From: a virus | IMG/VR virus record: IMGVR_UViG_3300033153_002115 | Location: 34,469 to 98,468 of that record | Length of the DNA: 64,000 nt | Strand: one strand, 5' to 3' | Shown: positions 28,074 through 36,602 of the stretch, piece by piece | Layout of the letters: each line of letters opens with the position of its first letter | Numbering within the stretch: position 1 is the stretch's first letter | Notes under the pieces: model-generated | Database searches by the model: none | The model's input: the letters and a program-made list of their open reading frames with translations, nothing else | What the model was told of the DNA's origin: nothing | Translations under genes and position numbers: made by a program

Positions 28074-28111
28074 AAAACAAAAAAGACCTTCCTGTTTAGT
28101 CGGAAAGTCTT
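28074..28111 (-). terminator. Attenuator terminator of tRNA operon A
   Basis: Hairpin AAGACTTTCC-GACTAAACA-GGAAGGTCTT plus TTTTGTTTT immediately before the first tRNA; its 5' arm can alternatively pair with GGAGGGCTCTTGCT in the leader. Confidence 0.85.
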
Positions 28112-28141
28112 ACTTGTGTTATTTTATATTATACGATAATA

Positions 28142-28219
28142 TCACATAGCAAGAGCCCTCCCACGAATTGTATCCGCCTTCGGCTGCTCGACTGTATGTA
28201 TATTATTCATTGTTCTCAT
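28142..28219 (-). CDS. Leader peptide A, MRTMNNIHTVEQPKADTIRGRALAM (25 aa), putative attenuator of the 16-tRNA operon
   Basis: Translated by hand. Contains all 14 amino acids served by the downstream tRNAs and no C/Y/F/W/S; the 3' end overlaps the antiterminator arm. Confidence 0.85.
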   Translation of the reverse strand: MRTMNNIHTVEQPKADTIRGRALAM

Positions 28220-28223
28220 GTTG

Positions 28224-28231
28224 CAAATATA
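28224..28231 (-). promoter_or_regulatory. Bacteroidota sigma70 -7 element for tRNA operon A
   Basis: TATATTTG-CAAC-ATG: the leader start codon sits about at the expected +1 (near-leaderless mRNA); -33 element not canonical. Confidence 0.7.
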
Positions 28232-28317
28232 TATAAAAGATTCGATTTTAAAGTCCTTTAGAATGAATTATTTTAAAATTTCTTACCTATGATACTGTTA
28301 GATTGATTCTCAAAGGG

Positions 28318-31020
28318 TTAGATATGCCCACCTGTAGACCATTTAGTATATAATGCCTGACTTGATGCTAATGAGAAATTTCCTGGTAAAGTAGTCGGCT
28401 GAATACTTAACCATAACTCATCTCCAAAATCACCATCTCTTCTTGCTATCATTTCTGACACATCTAATAACGCTTGGAAAGTAATCTTTTCATCTAACAC
28501 GGCAGCTTTACTTATAACTATACTATTTGAATTGGTTATAGGAGCACCAGGTTCTGAATAAGTAATAGGATCACCATCTTTTAACCATCCCCAACGTACA
28601 GTCCATTCATAAGTTCCTGTAGAATTTGCATGCCCACTCCACATTAATTTAATAGGACTTGAAGTATCAAGATCAAAAGGCAGAAATCCACTAACACCTA
28701 ATATATCACCTGTAGCTGTAAATTTGTTATTTGTTAATCCTGCTCCTATATCTTCACTTATATATAAAGTCTGACTCTGCATACTACCTTCAAAAGGTTT
28801 ACCAGAAGCTAAGTTCAAACCTAATTGTGCTTCAGGTCTAGCTGTACCAAAGAACTCTATCCAACCATCACCATTTACCTCAAGTCTGTTTGAATGCACT
28901 TTCCATTGTTCGAATACAGGAGCTGTAGTAATAGTTGCTGTAATTCTATATCGTATCCAATAATAATCTACACCTAATACAGGTGTTATAGGATCATTCT
29001 TGGCCCACCCATCATTTTGTAGTACACTATCATATCTAATTTGAGTAGAGCCTACAGCCTGGAAAATGTTTTTAGCTTTTGGGTAATACTTTCCACCAGA
29101 ATCTGCTTCCATTACATTAAGTTCAACCCAAACACTTCCATTCCAGTATTCTGTAACAATATTTCCTGTACCAAAAACTGCAGCTAAAGTAACTTTTGTT
29201 TTAATACCATAATGATGTAGAACATCTACAGTATCAGCACGCATACTTGCTATATATATAGCAGAATCGGCGTCTAAATTAGGGAACGTAAAAGTAGATC
29301 CACTAGCAGATTTAGCCGCAGCAGAAACATCCACAAAAGAAGCACCATCATAAGTATACACTACCATACCGGCAGTATAACTATCTCCTTCACCAAACAC
29401 ACTTTCTGCTGGTATCCCTGGACTTCCTACGTGTAACTCGCCAAGAATATTTAACCCTTCATCATCTTCACTTACATCCAGTATATAAACATAAAAACCA
29501 GCTCCAGGTATGACGTAGCTGTTATTGATCTCAGAAAATCCGTTACCTGTAACAAGAGAATTAGGATTTAACACATTAAAATTAAGCCCAGTACATTGGG
29601 TTATAGTTGTAGAAAATAGACTTACTTTTACATTAGTTCCTACATTGTCAACCCTAAACCCGTTGTTTTGACAGAACATTATACGTAAAGCATCAAATCT
29701 AACGTCGGTGTTATCCCCTGAAATAACCATAGCATCGTAAACATACCCTATAGAGGCAGTACCACCTAGAAGTAAAGCACCATCTAATACCTGTAATACA
29801 GTTGTAATAGTAGGACTTATTGTTATTAGATTATGAAGACTTACTTTTGTATTAGGGCCGGATATGATAATACCATTAGTTACAATTACAGTTGATCTGA
29901 ATGTTATATTATCTAAATCCGCATTTCCACTTTGAATGTTTATAGCATTTACAGTAGTTGTTAAAGCAGGGTTATTTACAGTTAAAGCTGATATTTCAAA
30001 AACAGCGCTTGCGTGATTTAAATAAAACCCATTAGCAGCATCTCTTAATACACAATTATTCACTGTAGTGACACCAGGACTTTCGTGTTTCAATATATAA
30101 GCAGTACCTGTATTACCACTGAACACTATACCAGTTATGTATGCAAATACACCGCCGGTAAACATATCATTAGTAGTAACTAAAGGTTTGAATACTATAG
30201 CTCTTCCACCAATAGCAGTGATATTAGTAAAGTCTTTTAGAGCAATAGGCCCTAAACTATTATCTATAATATATTCACCAGGAGCAACTTCTATACTATA
30301 CCTATTTGCAGAAGTGTTATCTGTAATAGAAGCTATAGCCAAAGCTATGTCTGTAAAGTCCCCTCCAGATTTAGCTACAGTAATAACATTACTTAAAGTA
30401 CCGCCTGCAGGGAAGGTTATAGATTGATCGATTATATAATCAACATTAAGTTCATCAAAATGCTTTAATGGGACTAATATCCAATAGATAAAAGCTGCTG
30501 GATTAGTTGCCAAAGTTCCTGATAGTGTATAGTTACCACTACTATCCAGAGTGTTAACAACAACACCAGTTGCAGCGTAATCCGGCTTACCATCCACAAT
30601 ATTGCTGACCACAGCATCTTCACCATTCGCCCACTGATCGAAGAGGATTGTACTACCCGTAGGTGGGCTGATTTGGCCGCTAGTGCTTGTACCATTGATT
30701 TGCTCATAATATAGTATTTTAATTTGTGTATCTTCTATAGCAGTCATTCTACCTTCCAATGACGTAACATCACCGGCATATCCACCCTTAAAAAAGTCCT
30801 TAGTAGCGACAAGTAGTTCTGCTAGATCAGTATAATAGGAATCATCTTCTTTCTGGAGATATACAATCTCTGTAGGACTCATAGTTGACTCATGAGTATC
30901 TGAAGACTCTATAGCTACTTTAAGTCCATTATCATAGATTCTAAGTATATATCTACCAGCAGGAAGAATATCATTACCTACATGAAATATATTATTAAGT
31001 GCTTCTTTATAGAAATACAT
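28318..31020 (-). CDS. Tail spike/fiber with pectin-lyase-like beta-helix
   Basis: ITVAKSGGDFTDIALAI...IEVAPGEY beta-helix cap followed by Asn/Ile/Val-rich coils; N-terminal about 80 aa shared with 33483..34151. Confidence 0.75.
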   Translation of the reverse strand: MYFYKEALNNIFHVGNDILPAGRYILRIYDNGLKVAIESSDTHESTMSPTEIVYLQKEDDSYYTDLAELLVATKDFFKGGYAGDVTSLEGRMTAIEDTQIKILYYEQINGTSTSGQISPPTGSTILFDQWANGEDAVVSNIVDGKPDYAATGVVVNTLDSSGNYTLSGTLATNPAAFIYWILVPLKHFDELNVDYIIDQSITFPAGGTLSNVITVAKSGGDFTDIALAIASITDNTSANRYSIEVAPGEYIIDNSLGPIALKDFTNITAIGGRAIVFKPLVTTNDMFTGGVFAYITGIVFSGNTGTAYILKHESPGVTTVNNCVLRDAANGFYLNHASAVFEISALTVNNPALTTTVNAINIQSGNADLDNITFRSTVIVTNGIIISGPNTKVSLHNLITISPTITTVLQVLDGALLLGGTASIGYVYDAMVISGDNTDVRFDALRIMFCQNNGFRVDNVGTNVKVSLFSTTITQCTGLNFNVLNPNSLVTGNGFSEINNSYVIPGAGFYVYILDVSEDDEGLNILGELHVGSPGIPAESVFGEGDSYTAGMVVYTYDGASFVDVSAAAKSASGSTFTFPNLDADSAIYIASMRADTVDVLHHYGIKTKVTLAAVFGTGNIVTEYWNGSVWVELNVMEADSGGKYYPKAKNIFQAVGSTQIRYDSVLQNDGWAKNDPITPVLGVDYYWIRYRITATITTAPVFEQWKVHSNRLEVNGDGWIEFFGTARPEAQLGLNLASGKPFEGSMQSQTLYISEDIGAGLTNNKFTATGDILGVSGFLPFDLDTSSPIKLMWSGHANSTGTYEWTVRWGWLKDGDPITYSEPGAPITNSNSIVISKAAVLDEKITFQALLDVSEMIARRDGDFGDELWLSIQPTTLPGNFSLASSQALYTKWSTGGHI

Positions 31021-31076
31021 ATTGTATTATTTAGTTCTATTTGTACTGTATCTATGTGGCCTTATAACTAAAAATA

Positions 31077-32936
31077 TTATCCCCAAGCCCCCTCTAATTG
31101 TAAATTATTTAACTCATAGTTAGCTGCTGCACCCCAAACCTTGCCAAAAGCTATTCTTACTGTATCTGTGGAATTCAGAGGATAATTAGTACCAGATAAC
31201 TCCCGTAGTACTATCCAATTTTCTCCATCATCTACACTATATTTTATAATTACTGCCGGTGTAGCAATAATATGTTCTACTCTAAATTTATAAGAGTCAT
31301 CAACATCAACGCCTGAACTGATAAAAACATTTCCATTTTTACCAGTCCAATAGTCTAGAGATGCATTACTTTTTCCTATAAAATTTAAAAAATCACCTTT
31401 ACTACTAGGCAAAGAACTAAATTCAGGTGTCATTCCCAAAGAAGGTTCTCCGCTACCACCAGGTAAAAAAACTAAATAAAATTCAACAGCAAAATCTTGA
31501 TTGGCCTGGATTGATTGTTGTGTTTGTATTGTTGATGCTGTTAAACTGGAAGCACCTAATGCAACACTATTTCCATTTATAATCATATCTTCTATTGAAC
31601 CAGAAACGTATTCAAAAGAAGCGTTAATTAGTTCAGGAGCATCCTCATTATACAAGGCTGTAATTTCTTCTTGTGTTAGGACTCTGTTGTAGATACGGAT
31701 ATCATCCATACTACCATTATAATACCTTCCTGGATTCCCACTAGCATCATTATAACACCCAAAACGTAAAATAATACTTGATTGGAAATCTTGATTTACC
31801 TTTGAACTTATATCCACAGGAGTTCCTGCTACGGTGTTTTTATACACAACCATGTTTTCAGATCTGGTATAAGTAATTATATAATTCACCCATGTATCTT
31901 CAGTTTGTGTATTATCTGCTTGTAACGTATCAAAAAAACTAGATAGATATGTTGAAATAAATATTCCCCAACGATTTGCTCCAGCTCCAAATAAGGATTT
32001 TGAGATAACTCCTTTAAAAACCCCATCAACAATAGGAGTTTTAAGCCAGAAACTTATAGTTCTATCATCCAGGCCAAAATCGTATTTATCTCCTATCTCA
32101 ATAAAAGCGCTAGTCCCATTAAATGAATAAGCTGAATCTAAGTTTCCGTGTCTATCTTCTACTAATACTGCATCTGTTACTACCCCATCATTCCCTTCAC
32201 CACTCGTATCTAAGGCATTCCCGTCAAACAACCACTCTCCAATCAACCCATCTCTAGGTATCGGAGGTCTATCCTCATTGTACAAGGTTGTAATCTCTTC
32301 TTGTGTTAAAGCTCTGTTGTAGATACGAACATCATCTAAACTTCCAGTAACAAATTTCCCTTCTTCTTGAGACGCACCAAAATATAGATCTCTGGTATTT
32401 GTCATACTTGATGTGTTTTCAACAGGAATACCAGATTGTACACTATTAAAATACCATTCACCAAAACCAGATTCACGTTTAACAATACAATGAGTCCAAG
32501 TATCAACCGGTAAGCCTAAAGTAATACCTTTTATTTGATTCGCAACTCCACCAATTAGCATAGTAGACTCATACCCTGATAGAAACCCGATCTCATAATT
32601 TCGCCAGTAATCTTTCCCGAAATAATAATTATTTATCCCCCAACTTGCTTGTTTAATCCAAAAGCTAAAAGTAAAATCCCCAATACCTAAATCAAATACA
32701 GAGTCATTTAATATTTTTATAAAAGCAGTCGTGCCATTAAAATTATAAGCACTATCCAATTCCCCAAATCTATCGGCAACCAAAATAGCGTCATTTACTA
32801 TTCCATCATTTCCATTTCCACTTGTATCATCAGCATTCCCGTCAAACAACCATTCACCTATAAGTCCATCTCTGGGAATAGGTAAAGGTTCAGATCCAAC
32901 TTTAGGATTCAGAAGTCCAACAGGTAATGTAAACAT
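31077..32936 (-). CDS. Tandem LamG/concanavalin A-like domain protein (putative receptor-binding or decoration protein)
   Basis: Two copies of PIPRDGLIGEWLFDGNA.DTSG...G.(L/M)DD.RIYNR.LTQEEIT.LYNED plus a C-terminal beta-sandwich. Confidence 0.85.
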   Translation of the reverse strand: MFTLPVGLLNPKVGSEPLPIPRDGLIGEWLFDGNADDTSGNGNDGIVNDAILVADRFGELDSAYNFNGTTAFIKILNDSVFDLGIGDFTFSFWIKQASWGINNYYFGKDYWRNYEIGFLSGYESTMLIGGVANQIKGITLGLPVDTWTHCIVKRESGFGEWYFNSVQSGIPVENTSSMTNTRDLYFGASQEEGKFVTGSLDDVRIYNRALTQEEITTLYNEDRPPIPRDGLIGEWLFDGNALDTSGEGNDGVVTDAVLVEDRHGNLDSAYSFNGTSAFIEIGDKYDFGLDDRTISFWLKTPIVDGVFKGVISKSLFGAGANRWGIFISTYLSSFFDTLQADNTQTEDTWVNYIITYTRSENMVVYKNTVAGTPVDISSKVNQDFQSSIILRFGCYNDASGNPGRYYNGSMDDIRIYNRVLTQEEITALYNEDAPELINASFEYVSGSIEDMIINGNSVALGASSLTASTIQTQQSIQANQDFAVEFYLVFLPGGSGEPSLGMTPEFSSLPSSKGDFLNFIGKSNASLDYWTGKNGNVFISSGVDVDDSYKFRVEHIIATPAVIIKYSVDDGENWIVLRELSGTNYPLNSTDTVRIAFGKVWGAAANYELNNLQLEGAWG

Positions 32937-32950
32937 AACAAGTTCAGGTT

Positions 32951-33472
32951 TTAAAGTTCACTTATTTTAGTCCAACCAGTAGCTATAAGTAATTCAGCAT
33001 CAGCAATAGTCAATATCTCTACTGTAGCGTGTATATCATTGATAAGTGCTATTTCACTACCTTTAAGATATTGAGATACATTTCCAGCAAAAGGGTTAGT
33101 GTAAAACATGATCTCAGTGTCATCATCCTTTCTCCAAATCTCTGCACCAGGAAGTATCCAATGCTTAAAAGCTTTAGGTACTTCTGTAGCACTACCATCC
33201 AAAGTCATCCTTTTAGGAAGACCTTCCGGAACTTCTGTATCAAGTAAAGACATAGGTGCATGAACAGCCATTAGATAAGCCTCTACTTCGCCCCCATTGG
33301 CTAGGATAGTGCCTACATCCGATATACTAAGATTAAAAATACCTTCCGCTGTAGCAAGTACGGCGTCAGTCTTTTTGTTTATATCACTTCTAATGATAGC
33401 TTCATCATAATACCAGCCATGAAGAGTTCCTCCATTCTGTACTTCTGCGATAGGTAAAATTATTTTTGTCAT
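32951..33472 (-). CDS. Hypothetical protein (tail-associated by context)
   Basis: 173-aa ORF between fiber-like genes. Confidence 0.5.
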   Translation of the reverse strand: MTKIILPIAEVQNGGTLHGWYYDEAIIRSDINKKTDAVLATAEGIFNLSISDVGTILANGGEVEAYLMAVHAPMSLLDTEVPEGLPKRMTLDGSATEVPKAFKHWILPGAEIWRKDDDTEIMFYTNPFAGNVSQYLKGSEIALINDIHATVEILTIADAELLIATGWTKISEL

Positions 33473-33482
33473 GATTATTTGT

Positions 33483-34151
33483 TTAATTAGTTGTTATTAA
33501 GTAGTCTTTTGCGCCACTAGGCCATACTGTTAATGTTACTATATTAGTATCTCCGTCTGCATCTTTAAGCGTTCCTCCACCAAGTAAAGTACCATAACTT
33601 GTACCTACAGTTATAGCAGGGGACGTTCCTACAGTTATAGGTAATCTAAATATATAAGTCCCTGCTTCTTCATTTTCAACTTCTATTGTAGTGTCAGCAG
33701 TAATAGGCATTTCTTGTACACCCCCATTATCCAGATCAAAAGTTTTAGTAGCACTAAATGCTTCTAATGAATCACCTGCATGAGCTTGGTTAGTAAACTT
33801 CTTATTTCCTGCAATAGTCTGGTCTTGGTCATCTATATGTCCTTGGGTTATACCACTGGCAGCCAGTCGCACATTAGCCAGAACATCATGATCTCCAGCA
33901 GCAGCTTCATTAGTAACCATACTAAAGAATTCTGCATTAAGGGATAATAATTCTGCAAGACTCACATAATAACTATCATCTTCTTTTTGTAGAGTAATAA
34001 TTTCAGCAGGTCCCATCGTTTGAGTATGGGTATCCGCAGATTCTATGGATACCACAGTCTCGAATTGATAGATGTGTAATATATAATTACCAGGAGGTAG
34101 TATATCACCGTTTATATGGAATAAGTTATTTGCGTCTTTATAGAAATACAT
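33483..34151 (-). CDS. Short tail fiber/adaptor protein
   Basis: N-terminus homologous to the 900-aa spike; DQTIAGNKKF fiber motif; FDLDNGGVQ-type C-terminal domain. Confidence 0.65.
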   Translation of the reverse strand: MYFYKDANNLFHINGDILPPGNYILHIYQFETVVSIESADTHTQTMGPAEIITLQKEDDSYYVSLAELLSLNAEFFSMVTNEAAAGDHDVLANVRLAASGITQGHIDDQDQTIAGNKKFTNQAHAGDSLEAFSATKTFDLDNGGVQEMPITADTTIEVENEEAGTYIFRLPITVGTSPAITVGTSYGTLLGGGTLKDADGDTNIVTLTVWPSGAKDYLITTN

Positions 34152-34182
34152 AATAAGCTATTATAGTATATCCTGCCGAGTA

Positions 34183-34190
34183 CAAATGTA
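34183..34190 (-). promoter_or_regulatory. Bacteroidota sigma70 -7 element (TACATTTG)
   Basis: Upstream of the fiber gene block starting at 34151. Confidence 0.5.
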
Positions 34191-34200
34191 CAAAATTTTA

Positions 34201-34572
34201 TTATACTTTTATCCGTGTAAATGAAAAAGTAGTAGTTTGATAGGTTATATATAGCCTATCTTCTATTATAGAATATGTGCATTTGTTATTAAATAACTCT
34301 AATAATTGAGGAACTGTAATAGTTACCTGTTTCCAGGTTATCACATTACCAATTACTTCATAACTACCTTCAAACATCGCTACAGCAGTATTACCGCTAA
34401 AAATAGACTCTTTAAAGTTAATTTCAATATCCGGGATAGATAAAGATTTCCAAGCACCAAGTAAACGGTTTACTGGTCGACCTGGAGGGTTGTATGGAAG
34501 GCCAGTTTTTTTCTCTTTACATTTAAATAGTTGTTTAACCCAAGCAATAAATTGTATGAATAAAGTTTTCAT
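34201..34572 (-). CDS. META/HslJ-like beta-barrel protein
   Basis: LLGAW...FSGNT....FEGSYEVIGNVITW...T pattern; the usual Cys pair is absent. Confidence 0.45.
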   Translation of the reverse strand: MKTLFIQFIAWVKQLFKCKEKKTGLPYNPPGRPVNRLLGAWKSLSIPDIEINFKESIFSGNTAVAMFEGSYEVIGNVITWKQVTITVPQLLELFNNKCTYSIIEDRLYITYQTTTFSFTRIKV

Positions 34573-34594
34573 AGTGTGTGATTTACATTTATAA

Positions 34595-34602
34595 CAAATA
34601 TA
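34595..34602 (-). promoter_or_regulatory. Bacteroidota sigma70 -7 element (TATATTTG)
   Basis: Upstream of the ATG at 34572, directly after a terminator. Confidence 0.55.
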
Positions 34603-34608
34603 CGAAAT

Positions 34609-34641
34609 AAAAAAGAAAGAACAATGTACTTGCTCTTTCTT
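34609..34641 (-). terminator. Intrinsic terminator
   Basis: AAGAAAGAGCAA-GTACA-TTGTTCTTTCTT followed by a T-run. Confidence 0.6.
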
Positions 34642-34657
34642 CTATCTTTTCTGATTA

Positions 34658-34933
34658 CTACTGTTTAGGTGCTGGTTGAAATTCCGGATTACTAAGAATA
34701 CTATTAATAACCATTTGCACATCATTGATAGTAGCGTCAAGACCTTTATCCTGATACAACTTATTTAAACGTAGTAATACTGCTACATTAGGAAGACTTA
34801 AGTTGATTCCTGCAGTACGATATAGACTACCGATATGTGCAGCTTCTTCTACAGGAGATTTAGGCATTACCTGTTTAGCTTTACTGTTTGTCCCTAATTT
34901 TTTTACAGGGGGTTTTGTTGCTTTATCTGCCAT
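34658..34933 (-). CDS. Hypothetical protein
   Basis: 91-aa ORF with A-rich upstream region. Confidence 0.55.
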   Translation of the reverse strand: MADKATKPPVKKLGTNSKAKQVMPKSPVEEAAHIGSLYRTAGINLSLPNVAVLLRLNKLYQDKGLDATINDVQMVINSILSNPEFQPAPKQ

Positions 34934-34973
34934 CTTTTAAAAATTAAATTAATAAAGTATAAAAGTATGAAAA

Positions 34974-35717
34974 CTATTTGATTTCTACACTCTCTTCTGT
35001 ACTTTTTATAATAGCAAACTGTTTTAACTTCTTGATAATATAATTCAAACCCTTCTGTGTGACAATAGTTTGAGTAAATAACCTGTCTCCTTTTCTAGTA
35101 GACATAACAACTTCCCTCACTTCAAAGTAGTCACGATCAATGAAATTTCTATAAGGAATATTATCCGGCATCAAAATACTTTCAACACGTAAAAATTCAA
35201 ACAGTTTATTACGTCCGAAACCTTTTATACCAAGTATACCAGCTACTTTCTTCATATCGATAGTCTTATCTGTAGCCTGAACAGTTTTAGAGAATAAGAC
35301 GTGAGGTTCTGTTTCTTTTAATTTAACCTCAGTCAACGCTTTCTGTTCTACTGCTTCAGCTAAAGCCCTCAATGCACTTGGATAATCTTTAGGTATACTT
35401 TGATGTAATGTCGCTTCCATTTTATTAAAAGCTTCAATATACTCCAATTTAAATTTCATAGCCTCTCTACCTGTAAACCCCATAACTAACACAGTAAAAC
35501 CATCTCGTGTAAGTGTGTAGTATTTCTCTCTTGTATTCCCGACGGTTAACTGCTTGGTTTTCAGGCGTAACGCAAAATTGCGTTTCCAAAAATCCCTGTC
35601 AATCTCTAGACTTCGAATTGCTCTTAATACGTCAGAATGTCTCTTCTTAAATTTATCTGCTATTAATTGTGAACTTGTTAATGCTTCACCTTTATATTCT
35701 CTTACTAGTATTTCCAT
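34974..35717 (-). CDS. Rha family regulator fused to antirepressor KilAC/ANT domain
   Basis: TSSQLIADKFKKRHSDVLRAI...YTLTRDGFTVLVMGFTG..A.KFKLEYIEAFNKME (Rha) and GRNKLFEFLR...T.VTQKG (KilAC); start MEILV preferred over 35822. Confidence 0.88.
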   Translation of the reverse strand: MEILVREYKGEALTSSQLIADKFKKRHSDVLRAIRSLEIDRDFWKRNFALRLKTKQLTVGNTREKYYTLTRDGFTVLVMGFTGREAMKFKLEYIEAFNKMEATLHQSIPKDYPSALRALAEAVEQKALTEVKLKETEPHVLFSKTVQATDKTIDMKKVAGILGIKGFGRNKLFEFLRVESILMPDNIPYRNFIDRDYFEVREVVMSTRKGDRLFTQTIVTQKGLNYIIKKLKQFAIIKSTEESVEIK

Positions 35718-35846
35718 TTGTTTATGTATTAGTTTAAATAAAAATACCCGGGAATCGCACCCGGGTACCTGGAAATTTGTTTCAAGGTCATTGCCACCCA
35801 CAAATTCCTTCTTAATCATCATATCTAGACAATGTAATTAGATTTT

Positions 35847-36536
35847 TTAGAGACTACTTAATAGTAATATCTCTTTTGGAAGTCTTTTTAATGCTTGCTT
35901 TTTGACTTCTTTAACGGTAACTTTTCCATCCTTGTTTAAGTCTAAACCTCTATTCTGTTTAGCTATAAGAGACGCAGAAAGTTTACCATATTTTATTATT
36001 CTATGATCTTTCCATTCGTTAAGTACCGATATAGGGAAAAATGCATATAGATATAAATCTGTCATCTCATTAAGTTTCCCTTTAGCATGCCTGTAGAATT
36101 TATAAACATAATCTAGTTGTTGGACATCAGTCATATTTCGCAACTTGTATGTACTCGTTCCTAGACCTCGTGCTGTTCCAGGTAAAAACTGAATTAATCC
36201 GACAGCGCCTATACTATTTCTAGCCCTATGGTTTATCCCGGATTCATGTTTCATGATACCTACAAGCCAAGAGAAGTGTATCTCTAAACTGTCTGATATG
36301 TCTAACACTTTTTCTATAAAAGCAGCATGTTCAGTATCAGTTTTATCTCTTTTGTAACTATCTAAAATAACAAAAGCCGCACTATCTGCAGCATCTACTA
36401 TCTTTTGCCTTCTCAGGCACTCTTTTTCAATCTTTAATTCCTCTAATGTCTGTAAATTAATTTCTCTCTTCACATGCACTGGAGCGTATGTAGAAAGGTT
36501 AACCAGAAGGATTGAAATCAAATATAACCATCTCAT
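35847..36536 (-). CDS. Lytic transglycosylase (SLT-like), probable endolysin with N-terminal signal
   Basis: MKHESG...AVGLIQFLP.TA motifs; QQLDYV; GLDLNKDGKVT; hydrophobic N-terminus. Confidence 0.85.
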   Translation of the reverse strand: MRWLYLISILLVNLSTYAPVHVKREINLQTLEELKIEKECLRRQKIVDAADSAAFVILDSYKRDKTDTEHAAFIEKVLDISDSLEIHFSWLVGIMKHESGINHRARNSIGAVGLIQFLPGTARGLGTSTYKLRNMTDVQQLDYVYKFYRHAKGKLNEMTDLYLYAFFPISVLNEWKDHRIIKYGKLSASLIAKQNRGLDLNKDGKVTVKEVKKQALKRLPKEILLLSSL

Positions 36537-36588
36537 AATCTTAATTTAGTGTAACATCCCCAGCTCAAGTCTGGGCATAACTGTATTG

Positions 36589-36596
36589 CAAATATA
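36589..36596 (-). promoter_or_regulatory. Bacteroidota sigma70 -7 element (TATATTTG)
   Basis: Upstream of the transglycosylase gene. Confidence 0.5.
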
Positions 36597-36602
36597 CTAA
36601 AA

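Noticed and set aside
25741-28149. + strand ORFs 25741, 25931, 27398, 27477 and 27925 from the ORF track
   Set aside because: They are antisense shadows of tRNA genes, with no protein-like features
28318-34151. Diversity-generating retroelement acting on fiber genes
   Set aside because: No reverse transcriptase in the window and no template/variable repeat pair differing only at adenines
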